Assembly: GCF_018977255.1 (NCBI RefSeq)
Contig: NW_024704743.1
Span: 42,286,001-42,350,000, forward strand
DNA: 64,000 nucleotides
Origin: Callorhinchus milii
Taxonomy: Eukaryota
Reading direction: 5' to 3'
Shown here: positions 51,830-64,000 of the stretch, in pieces
Layout of the letters: the number at the start of each line of letters is the position of its first letter
How positions within the stretch are numbered: the stretch's first letter is position 1
Position numbers and translations under genes: made by a program
The notes under the pieces: generated by a model
What the model saw: the letters and a program-made list of their open reading frames with translations, nothing else
Told to the model about the DNA's origin: nothing
Database searches by the model: none

Positions 51830-52172
51830 ATAATAATAATCCTTGCGTTTAGTATGTCACGTCTTTGAGATGTCTCAAAGCGTTTCATAGAATATACTAT
51901 GAAGTGAATTAACTGTATATTTTGTGGACAAAATGCGGCAACCAATTGCGCACAGCAGTGTCCCGCAAACAGTCATGGATTGAGTGACCAAATTATAATT
52001 TTTTTTTAAGGGATTATTACCCCCGGAAAAGCATCCGCCAATTGACTAACAACCGGGTTCCTACTTACTGCAAGGTAAATAGAGGCGTATGGAGTAAGCA
52101 AACTTGTCTAGTGTTTTGCCATGTCCAGATCCTTTCACTTGCAAGTGCTCTAACCACTCAGCTACAGGACTC
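51830..52172 (-). mobile_element. Long-form SINE
   Basis: gactaacaaccgggttcctacttactgc..ctctaaccactcagctacaggactc. Confidence 0.92.
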
Positions 52173-53267
52173 TACATGAGACATGTATATAAATAAGCAA
52201 GATACATTTGTAGCTAAATGTCTCATGTAGATTATTTCCAGAAATAATTTTAAAAAATACCAACTGGCAGTATCTCTTTATTTCACAATGAGGACACCAA
52301 AATGTTTAATACTTAAAGTTTAAGTGGGACTTGAAATTGCTCACCAGATTGTGGAGCCTCTAAACCACAAAATTATGCTGTTCCCATAAAATGCATTGTA
52401 TCTTACTCATTAGTATCAAACCTTTATGTGCGTATGTTTTTGAAACCAATTAAACAGGAATGCACATTGGCGCACACAATATTTGTTTATTTCTCTAATG
52501 GATCCACAATGAAAATGTAAGCCACAAATGAAAAAAAGTGATTTCGATCAGTTATTGTGGGAAATTAGAGAACAGGTATAAAGCTCCAATTTGCACGTTA
52601 ATAAACTATAATGTGAATTAAGAAATCTGATCAGACCCATGTGGGGTGATAATGATATAAAAGCGTAAGAAAGAAAGCAATGAGCAGCATCTGCATTGTT
52701 GTGGCATTCTCTTGTTTCATTGTGCAATGCAGAATATTAGAAAATGGAATAACGTAGATTGCTTGACTGAGGCAGGTCATATTAATCCTGTGATAAGACT
52801 CCAGGACAAACCGAAACATTTCACATTTTGTGTAAAGGCTGTAAAACGTACCACTGTAGAGTAGGGGTAAAGCAATCAAAATGATTTAAAAACTGAAGCA
52901 GAACAATAGGTCCAGAGTACCTGCCAGCGCTGTTGCAATTAATTTGCTCTCTTCCAGTTTTGTGTTCACAGTCTAAACTAAATAGCCTGCTTCCCTCTAA
53001 TTATGTGTGACTCTCAACATTTGAAAAGACCAGTGGGCCTGAAATATTACAAAACCTTTAAATCATCAGCAACAGGTAATTTTGCTTTCTGTGAAGTGAC
53101 AGTAAATATTTCATATCAATTTGTCAACGCGCTTGTTTTTTGATGTGAAATGATTTGAAAGCTAATAGTCCAAAAACAAGTGCTCACAGCAGAGTCAATG
53201 GGGACAGATCTCGACAGAAGTCAATCGTGTTACTTTCAGGAGCTAAAAAGGTGAACAGTGAATAAAT

Positions 53268-53559
53268 AAATAATAATAATAATCCTTGCATTTGATATAG
53301 CGCTTTTCACGTCTTCTAGACATCCCAAAGCGCTTCACAGTCAAACTGTATATTTGACGACGAAATGCAGCAGCCAATTGCACACAACAGTGTCTTACAA
53401 ACAGTAGTGGTTTGAAGTGACTAATTTATTATTGTTTTATTTTCTTGAGGGATTATTATCAGGCGTGTGGAGTAAGGAAACTTGCCCAAGGTTTCACCCT
53501 GACGGGAATCGAACCCAGGTCTTTCGCTTGCAAAGTGAGCGCTCTAAGTACAGGACTCC
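53268..53559 (-). mobile_element. Short-form SINE
   Basis: Tail through caggactcca, with a small A-box deletion. Confidence 0.92.
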
Positions 53560-53639
53560 ATATAAATAAATGTCAAGACCTCAGGTAGGTGTGGCGCATT
53601 GAGGTGTTTGGAGTGTAGACTCATGTTAATTTTTTTTGG

Positions 53640-54115
53640 TCAACCAGTTATCTAATACTTGCGAAAACCTTTCACCATGCTCCAACAAACTGAGAGTACC
53701 CTGCATCCCACCTACACATGGAAAATCCAGAGATAGATTGTTGGAATGAAGGTGCACTCTCTCCCTGGAGGGACGCTTCCTTTTTACCTAATTTCAGAAA
53801 GTATTAGGCGCAGGTTGGAAAGAGGCAAGGCTTGGGGACCCCAAGGTACGCGTTGGGGTACTGCTAGAGTCTATCCAGCTGAAACCACGTAGCTTGAGAG
53901 GACTGTCTGGCAAGCTTTCTCACTGCTTTTGCAGCTAGGAAGGCCCTTCTATTAGGGCTTTGGCTTGCAGGGTTAACAGGAGCTAAGTGAGATGACTCCC
54001 TGCCCCCAGCGTCTGGTCTACCCTTCCATGTTCCGCCAATGAGCCAGGCTGGCTGTGCTGTCATCAGCAGTGCGCTGGAGTATTGCAAAACTGCTAGGCT
54101 CACAAATTGGATTAC
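53640..54115. repeat. Unclassified interspersed repeat, copy 4
   Basis: Collinear with 18985-19480 and 49555-49750. Confidence 0.8.
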
Positions 54116-54124
54116 CAAAACCTC

Positions 54125-54380
54125 AACAGAGGGTGGGCTTGATTCTGACACTCTCCCCCCACCCTCTGGAACTCCAGTGCCTCCACCTCGCCCCTTCCCT
54201 TGCCTCCTTCATGACCCATCTCAAGACCCTCATCTTCAACCGTGCTTTCAATCACCCTGCTTCCCCCCCGCCCTCCACCCTCCCAAACCTGACCTCCAGC
54301 TCGGGTCCAATACTCTGACTGTGCAGCGCCTTGGGACATCCTCCCGACGTGAAAGGTGCTATACAAATCCAATTTGATAT
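54125..54380 (+). mobile_element. L2 3' end
   Basis: HLKTLIFNRAF; gcgccttgggacatcctcccgacgtgaaaggtgc. Confidence 0.88.
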
Positions 54381-54744
54381 TGATATTGACTTGAACAAAG
54401 CTAAGTGTACCACAGTGCCTAAGATATGTGTTTTCAGCTGTGCTGCAATGGAAATTATTTATCTATGGCTGCCATCAAGGGTGTTACTTCCTTCACGTTA
54501 TACTAAGATGGGTGAGATATGTAGCATATCTGGTTTTCTTCTGTGTAACACAAATGAGAGAAGGAGACAGCACCTGTTTGGTCTGGGAAGTGACTGATCG
54601 AGGCAATTGGTATTGGGGAAATGTTTGCTTTCAAACAGTGCAGATGAATAAGGAAGGACTGATCTCGAGGTGTGAGCAGGTGTGAGTGGAGCAGCTATCA
54701 CCTACTATATTGGTGACATTTTTCTCTTTCTTTTTTTAAGCTAT

Positions 54745-55018
54745 GCTTCAGGTGAGATATTAATCTGAGGTACCATCTTCTTGTTCAAGTGATCATAAAA
54801 GATCCCATGTCACCGAAAAGAGAAGGGAATTTCTACTCAACAATCTCCCAAATAAAATTGGTCATTCACTTAACGTAGGACATTGACATGTGCATATTCG
54901 CTCCTGCGTTTGCCTACAAAATTTAGTCACTACGTTTTACTGCAAATCCTGTGAAAAGCTTTGAAACATCATCCTGACCTGAAAGGCGCTATATAAAATG
55001 CAAGGTTTATTATTATAT
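54745..55018 (+). mobile_element. DeuSINE-like fragment
   Basis: aagatcccatg..aaattggtcattcactt..gaaaggcgctatataaaatgcaagg. Confidence 0.75.
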
Positions 55019-55171
55019 TTACAACAGTAAAATTTGAACCGTGAGTATTTTCTTCATAACACGGAAGCTTCCAGAATTCCACGTATTCCTTTTCAGTATT
55101 TTTAGGCAAATAATCCCTTTCCATCACGAATGCACTTTACTTTTGAAATGCTGAAGTGCTCCTTTGCAATG

Positions 55172-55825
55172 AGCAACAACCACAAAAATTACATTTGTAT
55201 AGTGCCTTTCACGTTGCGAAGATGTCCCAAGGCGCTGGACGATCAGTGTTTTGGACCTGAGCTGGGGGGTGGGATCAGGGAGGGTGGAGGGAAGGGGCGG
55301 AAGGAGGGTGATCTAAGGCATGGTCGAAGAGGAGGGTCTTGAGACCGATCTTGAAGGAGGCAAGGGAGGGCATGAGGTGGAGGGTCCGTGGGATGGAGTT
55401 CCAGAAGGTGAGGCTGAAGGCCAGAGTGGCTAAGGCCCGCCTTCCAATGGTGGGGCGGACGAGGTGGGGGACATGAAGCAGACCAGAGCCCGTTGAGTGG
55501 AGGGAGTGGGCTTGTTGGTAGGGGTTAGACGGTCACAGTGGTAGGGAGGAGCAAGGCCATGGAGAGTTTTAAAGATAAGGACCAGGATCTTGAACTGTGT
55601 CCTCTGTGTGATGGAAAGCCAGTGGACTTGGGCGAGGATGAGGTTGACAGGGTCACGAAGCCTGAGAGCGGGCTTCGTCAGTGGGGAAAGGCAGAGTGGG
55701 ACATGGCATGGATGTGGGTTAGAAAGAATAGTTGAGGGTGAAACAAGACACCAAGGTTCCGGACTGGCTTAGTAAGGTGGAGTTTGCATCCATGGATGCT
55801 GATGCTGTCAGCGCCTGAGGTATTG
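55172..55825 (-). mobile_element. L2 3' fragment
   Basis: Collinear with 1151-1899. Confidence 0.9.
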
Positions 55826-56264
55826 AGCGGTGCTACTTTCTCCCAGGGTTACAAGAGCAAACTGGTACTGAAAGAAATGTGGGTGGCAAAGTCAGGGACT
55901 TCAAATCCCATTGTAAATTACAAGCAGAAAATAGCTGGAGGAATATCCACACAGAATTGAACCATTCACAATTCACTCTGCAGTATGAAGGCAAATATGT
56001 AATTTTTTTAAAACATTGATATGGGTCCAGTTTATGGAAATAAAATGCAGTGACTGTACTCTTGTGAATTTGTATTATGTACCGTAAACAGCTTTTATAT
56101 TTTTTTCCTTCCCAGATATCATTCTTCTTCTGTTTGTTTTGTGTTGATTCCTCAAGAATTAAATTCTTTTAAATTTTTTACTATTTTTTCCTCCTGTTTA
56201 CTCCCCTTAGAGTTAGACTTACTTTTATTCCCTTCTACTGAAGTACTCGTCCATATTTTGTGGG

Positions 56265-56585
56265 CATCCTGCACCTCAAGCAAGTGCCCATGATTCATAC
56301 GGGATGCTCGACAATGAGTATCGATGGGTTATTCAACCCACAGAATTACCACAGCTGAACCATCTTCCCTCGAAAAACTTCCAACAAGGATTACTGATCA
56401 GTGATTGGAACTGATCAGAAAACAGGAAACTGAGTGTTTGCCCTCCTCCTTAAACTGGAGCACTGAGGCCAAATAAAATGCCCAAATGCCAGCATTGAAC
56501 AGTTAACTCTATGCAGACCCAGGATCAAACCTTCTCAATTAGTATTGTTCTGCTATTCACTTAAACAGCTTGCTTTACTATTTGG
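56265..56585 (-). mobile_element. Ancient SINE (AmnSINE2-like), near full length
   Basis: caagtgccc..gacaatgagtatcg..tgatcagaaaacaggaa..gcactgaggccaa..taactctatgcagacccaggatcaaacc. Confidence 0.6.
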
Positions 56586-56845
56586 GAAAGCTAAAAATAT
56601 AGGGCAATCATTTGTGCTGTTAAATAAGTAACACCAATACTTAGCACGATAATTTGTGATGATAAGTGTTAAATGCCAAATTATGTGGCAGTTTTCCCTC
56701 CCTCCCCCAAGTTGTATCTCCTGATTCTCAGGTTAAGAATTCAACTCCCTCTTTGTTAGGAATGCAAAAAATAGTCTATTATTAACCAGTGCAGTAGCTT
56801 CCAAATTATTTTTTCTGCCTTTAGTTTTGTTTTGTGTATTTAGGT

Positions 56846-57103
56846 GTCAGCTAGCCTCAGTTGGTAGCACTATTCAAAAAGAGAAGACAGTTTCTCCTGG
56901 TATCCTGGCCAACAATCTACAAATTAATTGGTCATTCACTTCAGGATTATCTGTTGGACATTGCTTTGTACAAATTGACTCCTGTGTTTGTTTGTGAAAT
57001 ACAGTGAATACACTTTATAATAAAATCTTGGGAAGCCCTTTGAGATGTTTTGACAATAAGGCAGTAAATCAAACGCAAAGATTATTTTATGATTATTATT
57101 ATT
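56846..57103 (+). mobile_element. Internally deleted DeuSINE-like copy
   Basis: tcagttggtagcact head joined to tttctcctggtatcctggccaac..tail. Confidence 0.65.
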
Positions 57104-57279
57104 AAGAATCTTCTGAATGACAGAAAATCTGCAAGCTTCCCACACTAGATTTTTTTTTACCCTTTGAGGTCTAGGCTTTTCATTGTTGGTTATGTGTCCA
57201 GGACCAGCATCAATAATTAAATAATGTTTCTATTATCGGAGCAGGATTTTGCAGAACCTCTGCTGTATTTCTGAATAGA

Positions 57280-57815
57280 ATATAACAAATTGGCACCTAC
57301 TTAATGCCTTTCGTATTGGAGAATGCCTCAGAGTGCTTTATAAAGAAGGAATAGGAGTCTGAATAGGTTGGTAGAGAAGGGAGGGCGGGTGGTAAGTGGT
57401 GAAAAGCTCTGTCAAAATGAGAGGTCTTTAAATAGGTTTTGAAAACAGAGCAGGGAGTGAGGCAGAGGGATTTAAGGAAAGAGTTCTAAAGAACCTTGGC
57501 AGAGTTATTAAAAATGTATTCCCTGACAGTGGGATGGAACACACAGGACACATGAACTAGACCCGAGTTAGCAGAGTGGAGTACTTCAGGATATTTCAGA
57601 AGTTTGACTGTTACACACATGGAGGCATTTGAAGGCAGACAAGAATGTTAAAGCCAGTGCACCGGAAATAAGGACTTAGTGGAACCGCTGAAGAATGGGG
57701 GTGATAGGCGCACGGAGCCTGGTGCAGGAGAAAATGCAGATTGAGGATTTGGGAATAATCTGAGGTTTGGGGAGGATTCAGCTGGGAAAGCTGGCAATCA
57801 AAAGCTCGCCATGTG
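57280..57815 (-). mobile_element. Old L2 fragment
   Basis: ctcagagtgcttta tail; ggggtgataggcgcacggagcctggtgcaggaga. Confidence 0.7.
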
Positions 57816-59174
57816 ATCAATGATCCTTCTCACAAATCTGATCCAAGCTTTGTGTCACCCTACCACTTGATTTACTTTGTTCTCTAATGCTCTTTCCAAT
57901 TTTGCTCCTTCACTTTGATTTCTAAGTGAAAAAGTAGAATATGAAATCAAGTCTGTTGTGATATCATCAATACCAAACATCAACATCCTCTGACAAGCAT
58001 GTCCAATTAAGAGTGATGCCGTCAAAGGTACGAGTGCTTGCATGTGAGAAAATAGACAACACAAAATGTTTCAAGAGATTTTGCTTTAAGCTTAGAAATT
58101 TGTTTTCAAGTGAGGAAATGAAAGGCATACACATTCCATCAAGATAAGTTCTTCACTGATTCTCATCATTATATCACCTGTCAACCACAGAACAGTTGGA
58201 AACTGTTTCAGTGGTGAAATAGCAGGAATGAACAGCTCATGGGAGGATCGAAATTCCAGTACACAAACATTGAGAGTAATCCATTTGGAAGCCTTAATAA
58301 TAATAATAATCCTTACATTTGTTTTAGCAACTTATCACATCACCAAGAATTCCCAAAGCATTTCACGGGATATTCTGTAAAGTAAATATTTGACTGTATT
58401 TTGCAGGTAAAAAATATTCAGGCATTTCAAAGAATTGCTTGTTTGCTCAAACAATGAGCTGGCCTTTTCTAAAAGCAGCTTTTCCTTAAAAATAACTTTT
58501 TAATGGAAGCTGTGAGTTTTTTTTTAAAAATAAGAAAAATCCCCTGGATTGCTAAGGATCTTAACAGTGAAGTAGAGCAATAATACATATTTTCTCTGGT
58601 CCATAAATCAGTCCTGGAAATAATTCTTTCAACAGCAACAACAACTTGCATTTCACGCAGGATAGCATCTCGGAGTGCTTTCCCAGCCTTTCTCCATGTC
58701 TCCTGTTACATTGTACACCATTCTCAAAGGCCACACCAGTGCAAAAGTGTGGGATATGACTCTGAGCACAATGATTTTTGTGGAGAGGAAAATTTGACAA
58801 GAGCAAAACATCTGACACACAACTAACCTTTGACGAAGGCAAATAAATTTGAGTGTAAAACAAAAATAGCTGAAAAAAAGAGAATACTTAATGTAACATG
58901 TTCCCTATTATCCAATCCTGTTCAATGTTAGGCGACTTGTGATCTGCACCAATACTTGACAACATTGGTCTTAAAGCCAACTAAAGCAGCACAATTGACA
59001 GAGTAAAGTTAACTCCAGTCTGCAGCTCATTCATTAATGAGGCCCAATTAAGGATTTATGGTGATTACATGTACACGATTACAGGTTTTTAACACTGGAA
59101 AATGAGATCTATGAAATTTCACTTGAATTTTTGCACAGGCTGCGGCATTTTACTTTTAAAATTTTGTCTTTAAC

Positions 59175-59600
59175 TTCATCACCTTCAAGATCCTCTTTCT
59201 CACATTCAAACCCCTCACAGTTTTAACCTAACCTACGTCTTCAACCTTCTCCAACCGCACCATCCTGGCTGTCCAATTTGCTCAGCGAAAAATAGTCTGC
59301 TTCACGTCTCCTGCCCTCTCCACCCTACTATCTGCAGGTTTTCAGCTATTCTGCCCTCACTGCTCAAACCAAACCTCTTAAACTGTGTTTTGGTCATCTT
59401 TCCCTCCCCACCCTTCTCCAGCTCCCACCCCCAGCTCGGATGCCCTTCCTGGATTGTGAGCACTTTGAGACATTCCCCCCGATGTGAAAAACGCTGCAAT
59501 ATAAACAAATTATATTGATAAACTCCGCTATTGTTCATCATTCCAGGATACTGCCCCAAGTGAAGGGCACTGTAAAATGCAATTTGTTTTTGTATTGTAT
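59175..59600 (+). mobile_element. Old L2 3' fragment with doubled tail
   Basis: ttcaagatcctctttctcacattcaaa; two hairpin/tail units. Confidence 0.7.
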
Positions 59601-61158
59601 AAAAATGTAGCCAGAAGTTCTCCCCTGGGATGAGGCAAGGTCTTAGCAATGTAAAGGGTTAAATCGGAAACGACTTGTTGCTTTTCTGGAAGCGAAGCCA
59701 AGTAGACGACAGATCTGAAGTGCCAGTCCAGTTTAGTACTTATTTAGCTGTGGTCAGGCATCCAATGAGTAGCTTCCAGTGGCAGAACCCACTGTGATGT
59801 TAATGAGACGAGAGAGGCAAACCGCTGTGAGATGCAGTAATTACAGAGGTAACGGCTTGTCTCTTCCTGGGCTCTCACAACATGTCCTCTTTTCTTTGAT
59901 CACCAGCTTTGTGTCACAGAATACAGATGTTAATTAAACATTTTAGTGGCTTTTTCTTGTTGCTGCAGGAAGGGGCCGAGATTAACAGTAAGCATGTCCA
60001 CACTCAGTATTGGCAGCCTCATTATTTATCCTCTCAAAACTCACCTAACGATTTCCCCTCTTATGAAATGATTTTAAATGCATACTGTTAATTCCACCAA
60101 ATGACCTATGTACGTTCTGTGATTGAACTATTTTATAATAATACTTGCATTTGATATAGTGCCTTATCTTCTCCCAGAAATCACTGTTTGTCTAAAAATG
60201 ATTGCTGAAACATACTGACCCAAAGGTTAACGAAAAAGGATTTGAGCACGTTTAACAAATAATTTCCACTGGGATCTGACCAGTCTTTTTTCTCAGTGGC
60301 GGTTCGACAGGTAATATGATAACTGATAAAGTGGAATAATTGCAGCTATAAATCCCCATTCAACATAGGTGAGGTGTTATGCACCAGAGATGATATTGTG
60401 CTAATTCTCTTATTCAGTCACTAATAGGAAAGAAGCAAAATAGGGGGGGAAACACAATTGTCAGCTTACTATTGTGACACCAGCTAAAATGAATGAGTAT
60501 AACTATAATAGATAAGATAAGATTTTGTCAGTACAGTGTACCTTGAATATTGTTTTATAAAACATAGGGCTTTAGACAATGCATTGTTGGATAACTTTAG
60601 TATCCATGCAAAGAAAGAAAGTCTGCAGAATGCCAGCTCCCTGTTGGTATTCCTACAAAAAGGTAAATTGGTTCCAAACTTTATTCCAACTCTTTCAATC
60701 TAATTAAGGCACTGTAAAAATAATAGGGTTGATTTTTTTTAACCCAAAAGATTGGTGCAATGCAGTTACCATATCTCTTTTTTTAGTGCCATCGTGAACC
60801 AAAATCAAACCAATTGCTTTTATTTTTTATAAAAGCTTTCGAGTGAATTTTTGTGGTCAGCAAAGTATAATGAACATTCCCATTACTTTCAGGACCATCC
60901 GGTGCTCCCAGGTTTAAAACAGGTCAGATCTAGAGAAAAGCTGATTCTATGCTTCGCAAACAACTTATTTTAATCCTAAACTCAACAGAACACCATTAAC
61001 TCTTCACTCCACCTGTGGGACTGGCATTGAATTATGGGGAATTTTATTGATTCATGTTCTGGCTGGTATTAACCAAGTTCATTTCAGCTCACCATCAACA
61101 TGGGACTGTGTCCAGTTGTTTTTATGAATGCACATTCATCCAGATTTTATACAAGCAC

Positions 61159-61514
61159 GGGCCTGAAATTCAAAAGTTTAAGATCACCTGAATTGTGGAA
61201 AATTCCTCACAACACAGTTACTACACTTCACAATAAATCTTGTGAAGTGCTCTGAGATGTCTCAATGACGTGATAAGGCATTGCATCAAATGCAAGGATT
61301 ATTATATTCTTATTATAGTTTGGAAGCCGGTTCATCAAATTAAAATGGATTTGGAATATTTCTAGGAATGTCCTCCCGACATGATATAAATGTAATTTGT
61401 TGCTATATAAATACAATTCATTGTATTTGTTCTTAATTTAAGTATTTTTCACAATCGTGAGATTTTAAGACAAAATGGTCTTAATAGGCTAAGACTAGAT
61501 GGAATTTGGGGCCC
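61159..61514. mobile_element. Fold-back MITE-like element with SINE/L2 tails inserted (~61210-61410)
   Basis: Left gggcctgaaatt; right taggctaagactagatggaatttggggccc is the reverse complement of the 28247/28484 left arm. Confidence 0.7.
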
Positions 61515-62679
61515 CAGGTAGATGAAATGACAATGTTCTCAACAATTATTAAGCATAATTATTAAATCAAGTACCATTGCACAGTTTCCTATTCCTAACT
61601 TATTCTTTCCATGACCTCAAGACTACGGTAATTCTTAATCTTCCTTTATCTTCTCCTGCAATTTACACCTGTGCAGACTATTTGAGCCAAATGGCCTGTT
61701 TCTGTGCTGCAGGTTTACAGGTTTGTAAACCCAAGGCTTGATGTCAACTTAACTTTGTTTTCTCTCTTTTCCACTCTTTTCGACTACAGTGCTTTATTAC
61801 ACAACAGCCCTTGGCCCTTCACCTTGATTTTCACATAAATGAAATGATAAATTTTCTTGTATTTTTGCCAGACTGCTGAACTGCTTTGTAAACAATGAGG
61901 TGGAAAATCGATCTGTTCGTGAAGCCCATATGGAAGCACAGCTGTCTGGTCTGGTACTATATTCATTACAGCAGTTCCAGTCCAGTGTAAAAAAAATCAT
62001 TCGATACTAAAGACTTTTTTTTTGTTCAAAAAATAATAGATATATATTTCTGAATTGCCATGTTTTTTGCATTGAGCTCAGTTGGTGCAGAAGTCCATTT
62101 CTTTATTCTTAACAAACTAGCAAAATAGAAGCATTTCACATTTTCATATTCCAATGCTGCAGTGGTTAATCTTTAGGTCAATAAACTGTTTTCTATAAGA
62201 ATCTGAATTAAAACTTCACAATAAATTCTTAGAATTTCACTTATATGATCACACTGTTTAGAGTTTCCGATGTGTAAAGTGTTATTATTTGTCGTTTGAT
62301 AGATTGTTGGATGGCCAGAAGTTACACAATCTGTTCTTTGTAAAATGCTTGTGCACTGTTAGCTGCAAGCACAGTGAGAGGCCAAATCTGACCTGAATTA
62401 CATGTAATTATGTAACCGCTGTTGTCCCATGAAGTTCTTGAGAAAGCTCTTTCCCTTTATTTTTTTACAACAAAACACAATGACTTTATTCCCCTCCCAA
62501 AAGTGGAGCAGTGAGAGAACACTAGCACACTACTCACTTGCGATGGGATCATAAGGAAGCAGGGAAGAAAATGATGTGAATCACTCAAGGACTTTCCCTC
62601 CTCCAAATGAACCAATAGACATATCTCTAACAAAGGCTAAAAGGAAATGAAAATAAACCGCTCTATTTGTCTGCTGTTC

Positions 62680-63005
62680 CTAATTCCCAGCCCCCTTTCA
62701 CAGCTCCCAACCCTAGCTCGGCTACAAATCCTAGACTGTCCAGCACCTTGGGACATCTTCCTGATGGGAAAGGGGCTACATAAATAATAATAATAATAAT
62801 AATAGTCCTTGCATTTGATATGGCGCTTTTCACGTCTTCGCTACGTCTCAAAGCGCTTCACAGAATAGACTGTAAAGTGAATTGACGGTATATTTTTGGG
62901 CGAAACATGGCAGCCAATTGCGCACAGCAGTGTCTCACAAATAGTCGTGGATTGAAAATGATCAATTTATTATTGCTTTGTTTTGGAGGGATTATTATCA
63001 GGCGT
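62680..63005. mobile_element. L2 tail (+, to ~62785) abutting a 5'-truncated short SINE (-, ~62783-63005)
   Basis: Tail-to-tail junction at (AAT)n. Confidence 0.88.
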
Positions 63006-64000
63006 AAATTTGTGTACTATATTTGTGTATATCATCTGGCAACTGAACAATCTAAGTGCAGCCTCATCAAGAACAACCATTTGCAAACTAAATGGCTGCT
63101 CTTGGCTTGCCTGGCTCTCAATGATTGTGGAAAACTGAACAAGGATAAGAGGGAAGGCCCTTTACCTGGTATGCATTTAGCCCTATGCTCAGATACACTA
63201 TCCATGGATATTTTGATGTATGTCCAGCATGTCTCTCATTATGCAATTGTTTTATTCTGGTATCATCATGGTGATGAGATTCTAATATTTATCTGGTTCT
63301 TTAGATCAGGTCTAAAGCGTATTATTTGAGTGTATCATGAGTGTTCGGCTGTGAAGCATTCTCTAGTCAGACTTTCTCTGTTACTTGTAAGAATCTTCTA
63401 AAAACTGAAAATGTGCAGTCTCAAATAAATTCCTAGTTGGCAAGAGATCACAGGATAGACCTGCTACTAATTTTGCACCAAATTGGCAATTGCACTGAGA
63501 CACAAGGATGTGCGGAATATGTCACAAAGATTCAGTAAGGAGGAATTACATCTCACTGAGTGATGCTGTCTGAAATGCCTAAAATGCCCAGTGTTAACAT
63601 CTTTTAATGAACACAACATTTGCAAAAAAAAAGGAAGAACGTTTACCTGAGTGGACACGATCATCGATACAGTCTAAGATACTGACATGATGGTAGTCAA
63701 GCACAGCGCCTGGCAAGCCTCATGGCGAGCTTAAATTAGAAGTGGCAAGAGCTAGTTAAATAACCTAGGGAGAAGACGGATCACACTGCCCCTGCAGTCG
63801 TGAGTGAATTTAAAGCTGAATAAATCTGCTGCATTGTTACTGAATCTAATGTTCCCTTCACTGTTTATCTTGGTTTATATAGTTTTTCTTAATGCCAAGC
63901 AACAGTCAACGTAATGCAATTGACTTCGATTTGCCTTTCCTCACCCTGGGTTATTTTACACACAGTAAAATGATTAGCTCTTCAAACTTCCCTATTGTCT

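Noticed and set aside
59960..59995. EGAEIN peptide as a kinesin-13 or ankyrin motif
   Set aside because: Only ~6 residues match; flanking residues and other exons are absent

Overview
Repeat-dense, AT-rich vertebrate DNA (large intron or intergenic). No host protein-coding gene is recognisable. The repeat content points to a cartilaginous fish, probably a holocephalan (inference from recalled repeat consensi, not searched). All convincing ORFs come from decayed non-LTR retrotransposons: a 5'-truncated CR1 RT (14.4-16.6 kb), an L2 RT (33.7-35.2 kb), a CR1 ORF1-esterase/endonuclease piece (36.5-37.8 kb) and many L2/CR1 3' fragments. About 14 copies of a young tRNA-Ala-headed SINE occur in short and long forms and share a 3' stem-loop with L2. 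Also present are older DeuSINE-like copies, an ancient AmnSINE2-like SINE, AT-rich fold-back MITE-like elements, one interspersed repeat I cannot classify, and micro/minisatellites. The best leads are the covarying SINE/L2 tail hairpin, the unclassified repeat, the fold-back family, a chimeric L2-tailed insertion, and two candidate + strand micro-exons. I found no convincing novel multi-gene system. Boundaries were read by eye and are approximate for old elements.
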